Position numbers and translations under genes: made by a program
The notes under the pieces: generated by a model
What the model saw: the letters and a program-made list of their open reading frames with translations, nothing else
What the model was told of the DNA's origin: nothing
Database searches by the model: none
Shown: piece by piece, positions 63,137 to 64,000 of the stretch
Layout of the letters: each line of letters begins with the position of its first letter
Numbering within the stretch: the stretch's first letter is position 1
From: an uncultured Hydrogenophaga sp.
GTDB lineage: Bacteria > Pseudomonadota > Gammaproteobacteria > Burkholderiales > Burkholderiaceae_C
NCBI RefSeq assembly: GCF_958439165.2
Contig: NZ_CAXXQI010000004.1
Location: 14,135-78,134, forward strand
Length of the DNA stretch: 64,000 bases
Direction of reading: 5' to 3'

Positions 63137-64000
63137 TCAGAGTTCCCCGTAGCTGTGCAGACCGGAGAGGAACATGTTGACGCCCAGGAAGGCGAAGGTG
63201 GTGATGGCCAGACCCACCAGCGCCCACCAGGCGGCCACGGTGCCGCGCAGCCCCTTCATCAGGCGCATGTGCAGCCAGGCGGCGTAGTTCAACCAGACGA
63301 TCAGGGCCCAGGTTTCCTTCGGGTCCCAGCTCCAGTAGCCACCCCAGGCCTCGGCGGCCCACAGCGCACCCAGCACGGTGGCGATGGTGAAGAACGCGAA
63401 GCCCACGGCGATGGCCTTGTACATCACGTCGTCCAGCACCTCGAAACTCGGCAGGCGCTCGGCGATGCGGCGCCGGCTGGCCATGATGCCGCCCACGATC
63501 AGGGCCGAGATGCCGAAATAGATGAACCAGTAACTGCCACCCTGTTCCTGCGCTCCCTGGCGGAACACGATCGGCTCGAAACACAGCACGACGCCCAGCA
63601 GCCACAGCGGCGCCAGCTTGTACCAGCGGGTTTCGCCGGCCGACTGCTTGATCAGGTAGGCAAAAGCCAGCATGGCGGCGATGGCGAAGGTGCCGTAGCC
63701 GATGAAGTTGGCGGGCACGTGGACCTTCATCCACCAGCTCTGCAGAGCCGGCACCAGCGGCTGGATGGCGTGGGCCTCGCGGACCAGGGTGTACCAGAGC
63801 AGGAAGCCCACCGCCGCGCTCACGATCAGCATGGAGAACGCGCCCATGCTGCGGGTCTGGTACTGGTCTTCGTAGTACAGGTAGAAAGCAGCGGTCATCC
63901 AGCAGAACAGCACGAACACTTCGTAGAGGTTGCTCACCGGGATGTGGCCGATGCCGGGGCCGATCTGGTGGCTCTCGTACCAGCGCACCATGGTGCCAAT
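63137..64000 (-). CDS. ccsB: System II cytochrome c biogenesis protein (WWD domain; CcsA/ResC family), 5' truncated
   Basis: [31 protein letters not shown]. Confidence 0.93.
   Translation of the reverse strand: MGTMVRWYESHQIGPGIGHIPVSNLYEVFVLFCWMTAAFYLYYEDQYQTRSMGAFSMLIVSAAVGFLLWYTLVREAHAIQPLVPALQSWWMKVHVPANFIGYGTFAIAAMLAFAYLIKQSAGETRWYKLAPLWLLGVVLCFEPIVFRQGAQEQGGSYWFIYFGISALIVGGIMASRRRIAERLPSFEVLDDVMYKAIAVGFAFFTIATVLGALWAAEAWGGYWSWDPKETWALIVWLNYAAWLHMRLMKGLRGTVAAWWALVGLAITTFAFLGVNMFLSGLHSYGEL

Overview
GC-rich core-genome segment of a betaproteobacterium. The gene order and protein sequences suggest Comamonadaceae (Hydrogenophaga-like; inferred, not searched). It holds about 70 housekeeping CDSs and two tRNAs: rppH (partial), a CNP1-like gene, proB-obgE-rpmA-rplU, ispB, tRNA-Pro, pilBCD-coaE-zapD-yacG, mutT/DUF815/argJ/secA/M23, a dciA-like gene, tRNA-Thr, sspBA-petCBA, mscL, pdxA, nif3, a degS-like protease, tatCBA, the his operon, murA, mlaFEDACB, gltDB, a HUH/Y1 transposase-like gene, dgt-aroB-aroK, pilQPONM, mrcA, cyaY, lptM-lysA, msrQP and ccsB (partial). 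I see no prophage, CRISPR array, integrase or defence island. The best lead is a solitary REP-associated-type HUH (Y1) nuclease gene between dgt and gltB. Its 3' end carries a GGGG(T/A)CAGA direct repeat and a hairpin that abut a sigma54-type gltB promoter, and a similar decayed hairpin lies between aroK and aroB. Secondary leads are mRNA-strand hairpins over the secA and mlaF start regions, a terminator just before sspA, a structured rplU leader, and three genes with a leaderless-type -10/ATG geometry. Product calls come from recognising motifs and synteny; no database search was run.
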